64,000 bases of DNA from Botryllus schlosseri (GCA_051294905.1 CM119371.1:2544001-2608000); one strand, 5' to 3'; positions 14,413-28,210 are shown, counted from the first letter of the stretch. Numbers and translations are program-made. Notes: generated from the letters alone by a model not told the origin.

Positions 14413-16529
14413 TTAAAAATGAACAGAAATACTTCTACTTCAATCGCCAGATAGTGTAAAGCTAGAGTCCAACATAAATGACTCGATTCAAGTCACTTTG
14501 TCTATTCACTCCAATCGAGTGATTGTCAAATTTTAAGATAATGAGCGTGGGTGGTCATTTAAAAAAATGCTAACGGGCCGTTTCGTGAATTTATTGAAAA
14601 GTTTGAGAACTACTTGGTTGCAAAACCATAATTGTAATGCACCTACAATGTCGCTGCCAATTCCTATTGTGTCTTGAAAAGTATGTCGTGATATTAAACT
14701 CACCTTGTACTACAATTGAAAATGTCGTTGCTTCAAAGTTGCGCAAATTGCTTGAATCTGATTGATAAAAAGACCATTGTCTGTAATGACAAGGAAAAGA
14801 TACGCCGATTCAAAATCGACTCAAATTCAAACTCAACATTTAACCAATGTGTTGAGATTTTTTTGTTACATACAGAAGTAATCATATCGGCAGTGATGTC
14901 ACAGAATGAAAAACTGTCATATCCGAGATCATTGATTTAGGGATAAAACAAAATCTGAACTTACCCATATGGTGCCTTTCAATCTAATAGACACTGATGT
15001 TCGTCAGATTACATCTGATCTGTTGAGATTGCCGTACCACTGTCTTTATGATCCAACTAATGAGCAGCGGAGGAATAGGACTTAAAATGATATGTCATAT
15101 GATGATCTTCCATGAGCAAGGTCTCTATGAGAAGAGGGAAGATATGAAAATTTGACAACGTCATTACAATTCCCATACACATGATGTAGGTTAACATGCA
15201 AAAGGTATGATATATCTGCATATTGGAGGGTGTGCGATCTGACTTCCTACTGACCTTGGTAGCGTACATTAGCACAGTGTATTCGAAGATTCAACACACC
15301 ATGAACAGCATACATACAACACACAATTTATTGACATATAGTAATTTCATACACAGAATGTTACTTAGAAGTATCCACTGAGAGAACAGACTAACGAAAT
15401 ATGTGACTTTTTCATTAAGGAAGACACTGATTCTTCATTTGTAGGACGAGCTTACACTCATTGAGAACCATGAGATGCAGTTCCACCATTTTTCAAGATT
15501 CATTCCAAGTTGAAGTTTTTCTTGACAGTTAATGAGAGACATCTGAAAATAGTAGGTGCATTAAAGATGAATAGCTCTTTGCTGCTCTTATATAAATGTG
15601 CTCCGATTAAGAGGAGAGCTGACTGCTTTCACTTAGCTATGTAATGCATTATTAATACCGATTTGAAGTGAAGACAAATGATTCACATAATTGGAATTTT
15701 TTGTCAACTTGACTTGAGTCGAGCAATTTTCTTGAAAAATGGAAAATGACTCGAGTCAGTGTGGTGTCAACTTGTAGGCCTACTACAGTAATTGCGCAAG
15801 TCTCAATGAAGTCATATGACTCAAACATTATATACAACTTGATTGAAGTCTCGTGTATCAGGATCAATACTTGACTCTGCGACTCGAGTCAAGTCATGAC
15901 TCGATTTATTACAAGCCTGAATGTAGCCACGGTATTGTCATAAAGGATATTGTTACGAAAATCTTGTCTATCCGTGTTTCTGTTGCTCATTAGCAGTTAC
16001 TCAAAAAGATGATTCTTGCCATTTTAAAAGCTAGTACTGGGAAATTATTACCAAAAGCCTGCGTCTCATTCAGACAATCTATTTGGTGAAACAACTTATA
16101 CTCAAGTACTCATCAGAACTTCTACTTTTGAATATTACTTCAAGTAGTTGTAACAAGTCTCAAATCACCCATAATTGATGAGGAATTAGGGGGTCAACTT
16201 CAGACTTCCTACCAAGTGTCGGAGATTTATCCAGGCTCCCCCTTGTCATATCATCTGAGTAAGCAGTGTCTTATAAGAGCCCAGACGCGGGCCGTGCTAC
16301 AAGTCGGCAGCTAAAGGATAGAAATGAAGAAAATTGGCCTGGTTTTAATGACCATGGTAGTCAACAAACACCATGAACACCACAAACAACAACATAATTA
16401 CTTCTACTTCAACCACAAGATAGTGCAAGGCTAGAGCTAGAGCTAGAAACTGTGTTTACCAGTAGTCATACACATGTTAGGAGTGAAAAGAATGAGTATA
16501 TCATGGTTTTTATTGGTGCTGCCAACAAC

Positions 16530-17096
16530 CAGTGTTGAGATGACTCGAGTCTCTTTTTTCGTATGACTTGACTTGACTTGGCGTGTCAGAAATGTGGTTT
16601 GACTCGTGACTCGGAGAAAAGGTTTCGAGTCAATTTCAAGTCATCAAGTAACAGTGTCGATAAAAATGGCTGATCTTGCATATATTCGAATTGTTCTCGA
16701 TACGCTGGTGTGACATGTAAGAGCGAGCAATCACTATTTTGAATGATAATTATAGATTGAGGCTATACGGTTATTTGAGTACTTTATCAGTTCTACGCAT
16801 GCGTGGGCGATACGAAGCCTTTTTTTACATGTATTTTAAACTAGGTATAGTCGTCCCACGGTTCAAAACTAATGGCAACTTCCAAACAGCTCCCGGTATC
16901 AAAATGCGATGACGCAATTATGCTTCGTACTTCAAAAAATCAACTTGAATTGAACTATGACTTGACTCGTGACTTGACTTAACTCGAATTAACTCGAGCC
17001 ACCTTTGAAAATAGGATGACTTGACTTGACTCGAGTCAAATATCAATGACTTGAAATGACTCGTGACTCGAAGGTGGTGACTTGGTTCAAACACTG
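16530..17096. mobile_element. hAT MITE (GACTCGAGTC family, CAGTGTT ends)
   Basis: cagtgtt / aacactg ends; TSD ccaacaac / ccgacaac (7/8). Confidence 0.75.
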
Positions 17097-17167
17097 CCGA
17101 CAACACGCCACTATTCGGATCTGAAATCATGGATTTGCCAAAATAATGTAATTTATAATTTACTCAC

Positions 17168-17330
17168 TTTTCACCTCCTCGTGTGTCAGTTGAACATTTA
17201 TGTTTGTCAGATTCCGACTGAACGGTTGAGATTGTCATGCAAACGTCTTTCACGAAAGAAATTTAGATGTATCGGAGGAACAGCCTCTCAAATGAGATGT
17301 TATGAACGATGATATTATGATGGCAATCCA
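17168..17330 (-). pseudogene. Second copy of exon X
   Basis: Homologous to 9556-9717; ttacag acceptor and gtgagt donor. Confidence 0.35.
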
Positions 17331-17874
17331 CTGTAATAAAATCAAGAGTTGTTGTGTAAAGTAGATTCAGTAAATGTAGCCATCTGTAGAAAGCGCAGCA
17401 CCGGGCCATATTCATCTATATTCTATAGTCACAGGCTGAAATGGTCAGGTTTTCCTCAGTGTTACTCAGGTAGAAGTAACATCATACGTTTCTACTCAAG
17501 TGCAATTTACAAGTAACTTGAAAGACAAATGCCAGTTTTGCCAGAAAAATGAAAACTGTTCAGGCAGAAGTGTAAGTAGTCCTAAATCATAACAACTCGA
17601 GTACGGTAATTAGTACTAGTATGCAAAACTTATTTGAGATTTAATTCCTTTAAAAAAAATTAAATGACTTCATTACTGACCACCACTGCTTGCAGAGGAC
17701 CTGATTTGGTTTTCTAGTTTATTTCACGTCCAAGCTTAGCAATGGATGTGTGTGCTTGAAGCGAGATAAAATATATTTTGAGCATCGGCGCCTACATCGG
17801 AATGATCAGCAAAGGTTTAGTTATCGGTTTGAAGGGTAGTTCATGAGATATCCGGTAATAGTCAGGGTCTAGTT

Positions 17875-19383
17875 CAGTGGTTCCCAACGGGGGAGGAATT
17901 CCCCCGTTGGGGGGAATTTGGCAATTTTTAGGGAGGAATTCCACTTTAGAATTGTAACGGATTTCTCAAATTGTTCATGTCTGAACTGTCATGTAGTCAA
18001 CCAGTTATATTCGAACGTATGCTCCTTATGCCTGTTTTTTGTTTGCGGAAATTATGTTCCAATGCTATTTGAAATCTCTTTTTCACATACAAATCCCCCC
18101 CTTTTGTAAACTAGTTCAGATTTTCTGCAATCTTGTAGGCCAGTGACGGCCTCTCAATCAAATGTATATTAAGCGAGCAAATGTCCTGCCGAATCTATCA
18201 CAACAAGGCCTCTAGTGAAAATATATATTTTATATTTTCAAGTCAACATTTTCAGAGAGTGACAAAATATTCCAACGTCATCGATTCAAGTCAAAGAGAT
18301 TGCTAGCCTTGCTTTATTTTTAGTGAACAGCAACCTGATCGAAAAAAAGACATGTCAAACTCGGTGCAATGTTGCCAAAACGTAGTGGATGTCCTAAATT
18401 TCAATGAGCTCCAGCAGGGAGTCTGATCACGTGTACGTTATACATCAATGCTGTAACCAAGTCACGAGGCTCCGAGTCACAAATCAATCTCACTTTCATG
18501 ATTTTGACTAGAGTCAATTCGAATCACTTTCAATTCACCATTGATCAAGTCCGAGTCCAAGTCTCCGAGCTCAGGGTAGAGTCCGAGTCATGGTATTATG
18601 ACTCGAGTCCGATTCCAAGTCACACTCAAGTCAACACTGATTGGTGATATTGAATGATTTGGATTTGTTATGTACTAATTTTCCTCACTTTGAGCAGTTT
18701 CTTGTCGCATTGTCAAGTACTAAGATCACTAGACGAAATTCCGATAGGGTGGTGACTTTACTGTTCTTCGAAATTATAATGAAATGGCGGCCTTGACCGT
18801 CTTATAGTCTCGAGTCATATGGCTTGGTTTGAGTCATGCACCATGACTCGAGTCCAAGTCGAGTCAATACCCAGATTGTCTCGAGTCGAGTCGAGTCATG
18901 TCCGCATTTTGAGAAAATGACTTGAGTCAAGTCGAGTCATCAGAAAATGGTGACCCGAGTCAGACTCGAGTTTGGTCAACCCTGCCATATGTGAAAGTAC
19001 CAATATTATTGGCCAAATGCATACGCAAGCTTGAGAAAAAAATCGCATGACCAGTAAACTTATGCATACTGATTTTTCACGGCAATTGTTTTAGCGATTG
19101 GTGCATGGTAAGCCGAAAACACAAATGGAAGTGTGGGGGTCTGTTGAGTCAAGCCTTCCACAATTTGTTTGATTGGGACCAAGACCATTGTTTTTAGAGG
19201 TCTGCAAAGTGTTATTACAGCACTGCTAGAAACAATCACTCGGTACTTATTCTCTCAGTCAACAGGTGTTTGCGCCGTAAAAACGATCATTTTTAATCAT
19301 CGGGCAGATTTATCCTAAGGGGGGAATTTTGGCTTAAATTTCGGCCAAGGGAGGCACGAGATGAAAAAGGTTGGGAACCACTG
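17875..19383. mobile_element. hAT Charlie-type non-autonomous element with a nested GACTC MITE (~18447-18984)
   Basis: TIR cagtggttcccaac / gttgggaaccactg; perfect 8-bp TSD gtctagtt. Confidence 0.9.
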
Positions 19384-20637
19384 GTCTAGTTCAACACACA
19401 TGGCAGGGGGCAGACTAGTACACCATACTCAACCAACCATTGGACCGGGAACTACTTAATTTTGAAAACAAGCAACTCTAACAACTTATTTTCAAAACTA
19501 GTAACTAGAATTACTCATTTTTCAAAATTCGCTACTAGAAATAGAAATTTAATTACTCAATTTTTAACAATTAGCAACTTGAGTTGGAACTACGCTATTT
19601 TTAAAATCCGTCACTAGAACTAGAACTACTTATTTTTCAAAACTAGCAATTAGAACTGGAACTACTTAAGTTTTCAAAACAAGTAACTAGAAATAGAAGT
19701 ATAATTACTCAATCTTTGAAAATTAGCAACTCGAGAAAACCGGACCTCCGATCTTTTCAAAATCCGTAACTAGAACTAGGACTGGCTACTAGGGTGGAGT
19801 GAAAAATGGAAAATTTTGAATTTTAAAACGGACACTTGATATGTGGTGCCAAATTAAAAAAAAATCTATAATAATTTTGGGCTCGTGCATCCTCTAGTTG
19901 TCGAAATTGACTAGACTTTACTATAGTCAATCTGTGTAATGACTCAGTTTGAACGCGAGTCATTGCGCATGACTCTGATCAAGTGATATGACTCGAGTCT
20001 GAAACGGCCAAGACCAACATACCATTGCAATTTCGGAGAATAGTGAAGCAACCACAGTGTTGGTATTTCATCAATTGCTACTGGTACTTGAAAATGCAAT
20101 CTGAAACTGTTCAAAATGCGAAAATCAGTTTAATGTTTTTAATGTTAACCATTCAATATCGCCAGATATCGTCATAAAAAAGTAGTTTTAACAAGACTAA
20201 ATCGAAACTGAGCAGTCAACGCAATGACTTCGATTCGGACTCGAGTCATAATATCATGACTTGGACTTGACCCTCTGCTCGCTGACTTGGACTCGGAATG
20301 ACTCGATGGTGAATTAAAAATGACTCGACTTGACTCGAGTTGAAACTATAAAATTAAGATTGACTTGTGACTCGGAGCCTGTGTCGTTGTCACTAAATGA
20401 TTAAGAACTTCAACGTCACAAGATTTGAAAATAATACGTTTTGTTTTGGAATGACCGCAAGATCAGACTACAGCTTCAATGACTACATCTACTTACTCAA
20501 CCTTGTAAATTGTGAATTTAACACTCACACACATACCTACACACAATCCCGAAGCCTGTACAATACATAAACAGAGCACGTCAGCACCACAATAGCGACA
20601 AGTTTGTGCTGAATATTGAATATTGGCTCTCACGTAC

Positions 20638-20751
20638 CTGGTCATAGGAGGTCGAGACCCAAATTACTCTTGTCCTCCTTTTGATTCTTTAGTTTCTTCT
20701 GTTGAAGCACACTTGATAGCTTTGAATCGCACTCCCGTTCATGATCTTGCC
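20638..20751 (-). pseudogene. RBM28: RBM28-like exon A copy with an internal deletion
   Basis: Homologous to 534-678 and 6275-6424; tttcag acceptor and gtacgt donor. Confidence 0.55.
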
Positions 20752-21344
20752 CTGAAACAATACCCAAACACACAGTTACAGCCAGATTTATACATCCTAC
20801 GAATCTAGTCAGTCGACGGTCATTCACTACTGGTTATCCCGTAGTTCTAGTTCTAGTTACAATTTTTTTAATGCGAGTAGTTCTAGTTGCATTACGGAAT
20901 AAGTTAGTTGCGAAACTATAAAACACGTGTCACCGTTCTGTGAATCGTGATATCGGTGTTCTATTGTGCGTTGTTCTTGCATTGCTAGCTAAGAGTCATC
21001 ACTACTATCAGTGGTTAAGCCCGGTGGTGGGTTTTGATTCACGGAACCCCTTTCATCGCAAGCTCGATATCCTGGCCTTTTGTAATGCCGAATCTATCTC
21101 CAATATTTTTTAGGTTGTTTGTGATTCAGTAATTCGTATTATCCATTATTAGTCAGCTCTGTTTTAATTAGTTGGTTTCAAGTTATCAAAGATAGTTAGT
21201 TCTATAAAATATAGTCTGGTTGTGGTTGCGAATTTTGGAAAATGAGTACCGTACGGATTTTGCAAATCCAATAGTTAGTAAAGGTCTTGTTGCAGCGCCG
21301 TAACAGTGGATTGAAAGTACCACTTAGCACGGACGCATATACAT

Positions 21345-21717
21345 TAGTGCGGAGCATGGACCGGAGCCGGGTTGGATATCCGGCCGGATTTTTTTAATTT
21401 TGGTTGGACCGTATCGTAGCCGGATCAGTACTTCTTTGATAAGGCCAGAATCTCTATGGATAAGCATGACGTTTGTAACTAAATAACTACCAACCAACAA
21501 CACGCAAGTAACCGCCAAGCCAGTGCGAAAAGAAACGAGCTATATTTTTAAATTCATGGAACCACCGTACTGTGTTAGGTCGGATTTCCAGCAGGACTTT
21601 TTAATTTTTGGCCGGAGCCGGATCAGTACTTTTTCCTGATACGGCCGGAGCCGGACCAGAGAATTGACAAACCGGATCGGAGCCGGACCAGAGAATTTGT
21701 CGATCCGCTCCTCACTA
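21345..21717. mobile_element. hAT MITE with CCGGA/TCCGG repeats
   Basis: TIR tagtgcggagc / gctcctcacta; perfect TSD atatacat. Confidence 0.85.
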
Positions 21718-21727
21718 ATATACATAC

Positions 21728-21833
21728 GTTTCATCGCCATTCAGCTCGCCGATACAATTTGTCGTTTCTTCCGGGGTCTTGGATTGGACGTCAGCACATC
21801 TCTTGGAGTGGCTGATGGGCTATGGCAGAATTG
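21728..21833 (-). pseudogene. RBM28: RBM28-like exon Z copy
   Basis: HSKRCADVQSKTPEETTNCIGELNGDE then gtatgt donor; resembles HSKGCAFAQF. Confidence 0.6.
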
Positions 21834-22114
21834 CTGACGAACTAAACAATATATATTGAAAATGTGACAGCGACGTATTCAAATACACAAATACATGCAG
21901 AAAAAACACGAGTTATACAGCGTATAAGGAGTCTTCATTTTTTTTTCAAATTCAACTGACTACATGATAAAGTTGTTAGTTTGGCTATAAAAACTCACTA
22001 CACCAAACTTGGTTTAATACCAATCAGTAGCCGCGTTGCTACAAGAGATGAAAGATTTGGATATAGCCTAATATATAAAAATTAAATAATTTTTTTTCGA
22101 TACTTTCTGATCAC

Positions 22115-22641
22115 CAGGGTTGTAACCAAGTCACAAGGCTCCGAGTCACAAGTCAATCTCACTTTTATAGTTTTGACTCAATTCAACACCGATTCAAGTC
22201 CGAGTCCAAGTCAGCGAGCAGAGTGCCGAGTCCGAGTCATGGAATTATGACTCGAGTCCTAGTCCAAGTCATTGTGTTGACTGCTCAGTTTCCAGTTGAA
22301 GTCTTGGTAAACCCACTTTTTATAGCTCTGTTTGGTGATATCGAATGGTTCGCATTTATAATATGCCAATTTTCGTCACTTTCAGCAGTTTATGGTCGCA
22401 TTTTCAAGTACCAGCACCAACAGAAGAAATCGCAATAGTGTGTTGGCTTCAGAATTACAATGAAATATCGGTCTTGGCCGTCTGAGTCTCGAGTCAATGA
22501 CTTGGTTCGAGATGAATGACTCGAGTCGAGTCGAGTCATTTCCGTATTTTGAATAAATGACTCGAGTCAAGTCGAGTCATCAGAAAATCGTGAGTCGAGT
22601 CGGACTCGAGTCGAGTCATGACTCGAGTCATTACAACTCTG
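22115..22641. mobile_element. hAT MITE (GACTCGAGTC family)
   Basis: TIR cagggttgtaa / ttacaactctg; perfect TSD ctgatcac. Confidence 0.9.
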
Positions 22642-22859
22642 CTGATCACCGCATGAAATTTATAGCTTTTCGACAGAAACGCTGCTAAACAAATTTGGTC
22701 AATTCCAACCAATGGAAGCTGAGTTATTGCAGTCGAAAAATTAGGATATAAAAATATTAATAACCTGCCCATCGTGAATACGACACCAATTATTCATATC
22801 CAAATTTCCGGCTGCAATAACTCCGCTTCCACTGGTTGGAATTGAGCTAAATGTAGGAT

Positions 22860-23031
22860 TGATGTTGAAACTTCTCAAAGCTTCAAAAGCGTGTTCGACT
22901 TTTCATGCTTGAAATTGATGAATGCGTATCAGAGCTATCTTCTAGCTTCTAATATTTACGCAGGGATTTATCAGATCTCGTATCACTCGAGATTCAGTGA
23001 TAACTACTTTGTATTGGAACAGGAGAAGTTG
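22860..23031 (-). pseudogene. RBM28: RBM28-like exon C copy, truncated
   Basis: Shares atgaatgcgtatcagagc and caggagaag..ctgaaa with 1943-2151. Confidence 0.55.
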
Positions 23032-23859
23032 CTGAAATAGGATGGCGTCATTTTATCAAATAACTCATAGAGTAAACATGTCAGCCGATTCCAAAGAAGA
23101 GCAACACATTCGACTCCGCTATTTTGGACAGTGTTGTTCTGCTCCCTTTTGGCCAAATTAAGTCGAGCCACTGCTTTGTTCAAGTTAACCGTTAAATTTA
23201 ATTGCTCCTTCATGGCTGTGCATTACTGTATTAGGACTGTTCAAGAATAAGCTTTTTTCTGGATTCCAGCCATTCGGTGAATAAATAGTCAGGGTACGCT
23301 AAAAAACGCTGCACACCAAATTTGGTTCAATTCTGACAAGTATGAGGGTCCGCAGATCCAATTAAAATTTTCAATTTGCTAGGGAAGATATAAAAAAAAA
23401 ACAATCAAGGATAATAATCAGAGAATTCTCAACGAAAAACTCGAATAACTCCTCTTCTACTAGTTGGAATTGACTGAAATTTGTTATGCATCGTTTTTGA
23501 AGACAGCTCAACAATATCATGGGGTTGACGGTAACAATTTGAATTTTTTTTTCAATTTGATCTAATAAATTAAATATTTGAATCTAATTTTGAAAAATTG
23601 TGTAGCTTTAACTGTGATTCTGATCTAATTTGAAGAAAACAGTCTAATTATAATTCTAAATGTAGTGCAATTTGTACAAAAAAACGGTAGCTTTTAGCTA
23701 TCATTCTAATTCCAATCCAATTTGAATTTGAAAATGATCTACCGGTAGTTGTCCCAATCTGGCTGAGAAAACCCAGTTATCGTGTGAACCCCGGTTAGAA
23801 ACCCCTGCTGCAAGTTTGCTTAATGAGAAAGTATGCTAACAGTTGTGGTTATGACATAC

Positions 23860-24004
23860 CTTCAGCTTTTGACACTTCTAGTAAGATTGTCAGCACATAA
23901 TCGAGTTGTACGTCTGCATTTTTCAGTTTGGCCCGATTTGCATTTTCAATCTTCACACGTTTCTTCCATTCTGTTGCGTTGCGACCTTCAAGGGGCTTGC
24001 GTTT
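23860..24004 (-). pseudogene. RBM28: RBM28-like exon B copy
   Basis: Homologous to 3721-3878 including intron flanks; AG/GT ends. Confidence 0.6.
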
Positions 24005-24504
24005 CTACACAGAAAAATCACATGTGGTCATGCACTCTGCATCGCACTTTTCTACAAGTGTTAATCGGAGGTGGCTACCTAGCTTCACGCTGGGTTGCTA
24101 TGACTCGATTTACCGGTGACTCAACTTGCCTCGAGCAATTTCTTCAATAGACTTGACTTTAGGATTACCATATTCTGGAATCGGGAAAGGGGGACACTTT
24201 TTCAAAATATTTAAACTTGGAGAAGTCAAAATTATGTCAAAATTGTAGCGTTAGGCCAAAAATTGTCTAAATTGTTTACAAAGTAATAACTTTTTTGCAA
24301 CCTGCGTTTCGTTCATTTTGTATATTTTGTAGTGTCTGTGAACTTGTCATTTGACATTTCACCGCTTGTAGCCTACTTTATAGGCCTGCAGTTGTAGACG
24401 GCCCATGGTCTGCTTATTGTGAATCGTAAACATTCAAATGGAACAAATAGGTCAACATGGTGCTCAACGTACCGCAATATCCCAACTGAAGCTACACTGT
24501 GTGG

Positions 24505-25440
24505 CAGTGTTGGGATGACTCGAGTCATGACTGGACTCGAGTCAGACTCGAGTCAACTTTTTCGTATGACTTGACTTGACTCGAGTCACTTTGGAAAAAT
24601 GACTTGACTTGACTTGACTCAGAGCTTCAAAAATGTGCATTGACTCGTGACTCGGAGCAAAATTTACGAGTCAATTTCAAGTCATTAAGTAAGCGGTGTC
24701 GAATAAATCACTGTATCTTGTGGATGTTCGGATTGTTCGAGATACCCTGGTGTCACTTGTGAGAACAACCAGTCATTCACTAATTGTACGTTACAAGGTT
24801 CCTCCATTGTTCGATCACAAATAAATTGACCGCAACGTAGAAAATTAATCTAAATATCAATGTGTCTCTGTTTCTTAGACGGCTCAATGCTTACGTTGCC
24901 CAGTGCTCACATTTACCAATCCTCTTGTGTGATATAAATCGAACGAATATATTGGGTGCGTTTATATTCTCATGGAAGTGTAGATAAGTAGTGTAGGCTG
25001 TTGTACCATATCAGTTTGTTTCAACTTCTCGAAGCTTCGTATTAGGTCCTATATTTTGGCTGATAAGAACTGACTGTAGTATGGAGCTGTACAGTTACTC
25101 ACGTACATTATTAGCAGTTCTACGTGTGCGTGAGCGATATACCGTCTTTTTGCATGCATATTTAACGAGATATTCGTTATTTGATTCACACAGCTAGCAA
25201 AATGTAATGACTTTGAATCATCACTCATACTTCGAAAATTCAATTTGACTTGAATTGTGACTTGACTCGTGACTTGACTTGACTTGACTCGACTTGACTC
25301 GAGTCACCTCCAAAAAACGAGTGACTTGACTTGACTCGAGTCACCTTTGAAAATCGATTGACTTGACTTGACTCGAGTCAAAATCTGCAATGACTCGAGA
25401 TGACTCGTGACTCGAAGGTAGTGACTTGATCCCAACACTG
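24505..25440. mobile_element. hAT MITE (GACTCGAGTC/GACTT family, 936 bp)
   Basis: TIR cagtgttggga / tcccaacactg; perfect TSD ctgtgtgg; the same right end is seen at window positions 1-66. Confidence 0.9.
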
Positions 25441-25842
25441 CTGTGTGGACATTGCAAGGTTCTTATATCAAGAAGTGTTGTGCTACTAAACATTTTAATT
25501 ATCTCTACCATAATCCGTGGTGTAACTTCTGCAATTCTTCATGGGGCCAGATTTTCTTAAAATAAAGTTAAAAAAATTTTCAGTTATCGATGCAAAAAAG
25601 TTTTTTTCAGGCCATACTACTTCGTAAGGAAAGACAGTTCCAACCGGAAATGAAGACAATTCTAACGTTATGTGGGAAAACACCTCATTTGTATACATTA
25701 TTTTTTTTAAATCGGTCAAAAATGTCAAAATATTGATTTTTAGGTCAAAATCGTTCATTTTTAGGTTAAAAATAAGCCTAGTCAAAACCATACACGTCAT
25801 CAAATTCTCCGTTGGGATTGCCAGCATTCTGATTGCATTTGC

Positions 25843-25943
25843 ATTTTCCTCACCATTCAGTGAGTCGATACAATTCGAAACTTTGTCGAAGGTGAGGTCT
25901 TGAATCGGACGAGAGCACATCGCTTGGACATGCCAATGGCGAT
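25843..25943 (-). pseudogene. RBM28: RBM28-like exon Z copy
   Basis: GMSKRCALVRFKT...NCIDSLNGEEN with a frameshift; ttcag acceptor. Confidence 0.6.
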
Positions 25944-26094
25944 CTGAATAGAAGATGTCATAAATGTGACAGCAACGCATTGAATTTGAAACATATGAAT
26001 ACAAGCAGGAAAATAATGTTTATGCATCTGAGATCTTATGATCATACATACAACACACTTGATATAAAAAAAAAAACATGAAGTTTCGCATTAA

Positions 26095-28210
26095 CCTTTG
26101 TCCGACTGCATATTTTTACACCGCTACCAGGCGGCATGGGTACAATTGTACCCACATACATTTTCCATTGAAATTTCCAAGTTAGTTATATTATTTGTAC
26201 GGTATGCCGTATTTATTGGTCGGAGCGTTTAAATACTGTGCTCTAGCGAAGTATAGCACGTGTTGCTGCACCAGCTCTCTCTCCACTCTTTTATTTTTAT
26301 CATCCTTTCTGCCCCTGCGATCAGCTATCGTCATGCCAGTTGTTCCACTTCGTTTTCTCTCCCTTCGTCTCTTGCCTTAGCTGTTCAAATCCATCATGAG
26401 TTCAGAAATGTGTGACATCATACTAAGAGAAACAAATCCAAAGGCTAGAAGAGTTTATGAAGCTTTCAACAACAATCTCGCAGAAAGATTTCGTAATGCT
26501 TCTGAACGGCCACCACTAAGAACATTCGAGCCCTTTACTGAAGTTGAGCTCAGTGCATTTATTGGCATCCTTATTGCTGCTGGTGTACACAGGAATAACA
26601 AAGAGAATCTGGACGATATGTGAAAAGTACATGCTTTGCCTCTTATACGTGCAGCTACGTCTCGTGACCGCTTCAAGTTGATGCTCAGAGTTATCAGATT
26701 TGACAAGGATAATACACGTGCAGAGCGTGTGCAAACAGATAAAGATGCACCAATACGAGATCTGTGGGTAATGATGAATAAAAATTTGGAGAGAGCCTAC
26801 ACGCCACATGAATGTATCACGATAGATGAACAATTGTTTCCATTTAGAGGACATACCAAATTCACACATTATATACCATCTAAACCAGCTAAATATGGTA
26901 TCAAGGTGTTCTGGGCTTGTGATGCATCAAACGCCTACCCGCTGCATGGTCAGCTTTATACTGGAGAACCAATAGATGGTCTCCGACAAACTAATGCTGG
27001 TGAGCGAACAGTTTTGGACCTGGTCTGTTTGTATAAAGGCTCTGGAAGAAATGTTACCACCGATAATTTCTTCGCAGGTATGCAGCTAGCTAAAGTATTG
27101 AACACCTGGGACATGACTTTAGTTGGAACAGTCAGAAAAAAACAAGAGGTTTTTGCCAAGCAACATGCAGCCTGGCAAAGAAATAGCACTTCACTCGACC
27201 AATTTCGCCTACCATCGAGATGCAACAGTCTGTTCATATGTGCCAAAGAATAACAGAGCAGTTGTGCTTCTATCATCCATGCATATGACCGGAGAAGTCG
27301 AAGCAACACAATCAAGCAAATCAGTGATCATCACGTACTATAATAAAACCAAAGGGGGGGGGGGCTGGACACAATGGACAAAATGCTGGGTGAATACACA
27401 ATAAAACGACGGACACTGCGTTGGCTTTTGGCGTTTTTCTATAACATGATCGACGTCACTGGCGTAGCGTCGTTTATCATCTACAGGGAACACAAGCCAG
27501 TGTTTAGGAAAAAGGACCAACGGAGAAAGTTCCTGAAAGATCTTACGAAACAGCTATGTATACCTTCAGTGGAAGCTTGCTCTACCAACCACATGATAAT
27601 GAGAAACCGCTTCCATCGAGCTGCAGTGGAAATGGTTCTAGGACGGCCCATTGCGACACCACCAGAAGGGGCAGAAGCTAAACCCAAAGAACCCCATGGA
27701 AATCGAGGAGCTATATCAATTGTTGGCAGTTGCTATGTCTGCAGAGATCAGAAACGAAAACGACATAAAACCAGGAAAGGCTGCGTGGCTTGCGTTCAGC
27801 CTGTGTGCGACGAACACTCCATAACACAAACAAAGTGTATTACTTGTGACACTGACTAAACCCATATCAACTAAGTTTTCTTTCATATTTCTGTGTCAAA
27901 TAAATCATTTCTGTACTCTTTTTCATTCAACATTCAAAAAATTGTCTTAGTGTTATGTATAGTGGCATTATTTAGATGCACAATGTGCAAGGGTACAATT
28001 GTACCCATACCGCCTGTTAACGGTGCAAAAACAACTCGACCCTAAATCTCGGTAACGTGTCAAGATTTTTTGCCGACATTTAGTCTGCATAATCTAACAC
28101 AGAAATATAGAGATGTCAGGAAGTTTTAGGTCTCTCGGGTTTCTAGAAAAAAGACTGTCGTATTTTAAAATTGGAATGGGTACAATTGTACCCATGCAGT
28201 CGGACAAAGG
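26095..28210 (+). mobile_element. piggyBac transposon, defective
   Basis: TTAA at 26091-26094 and 28211-28214; perfect 17-bp TIR cctttgtccgactgcat; subterminal inverted repeats. Confidence 0.95.
26396..27859 (+). pseudogene. piggyBac (PGBD4-like) transposase; N-terminus apparently short, stop at 26621, frameshifts near 27140 and 27360
   Basis: TIDEQLFPFRG, YIPSKPAKYGIKVFW, TTDNFF, YNKTKGG..D, C-terminal Cys-rich domain CYVC...CVAC..VCDEH. Confidence 0.9.

Noticed and set aside
24505..25440. GACTCGAGTC/GACTT arrays as a CRISPR array
   Set aside because: There is no constant repeat-spacer period, no cas gene, the context is eukaryotic, and the arrays sit inside TIR/TSD-bounded MITEs.
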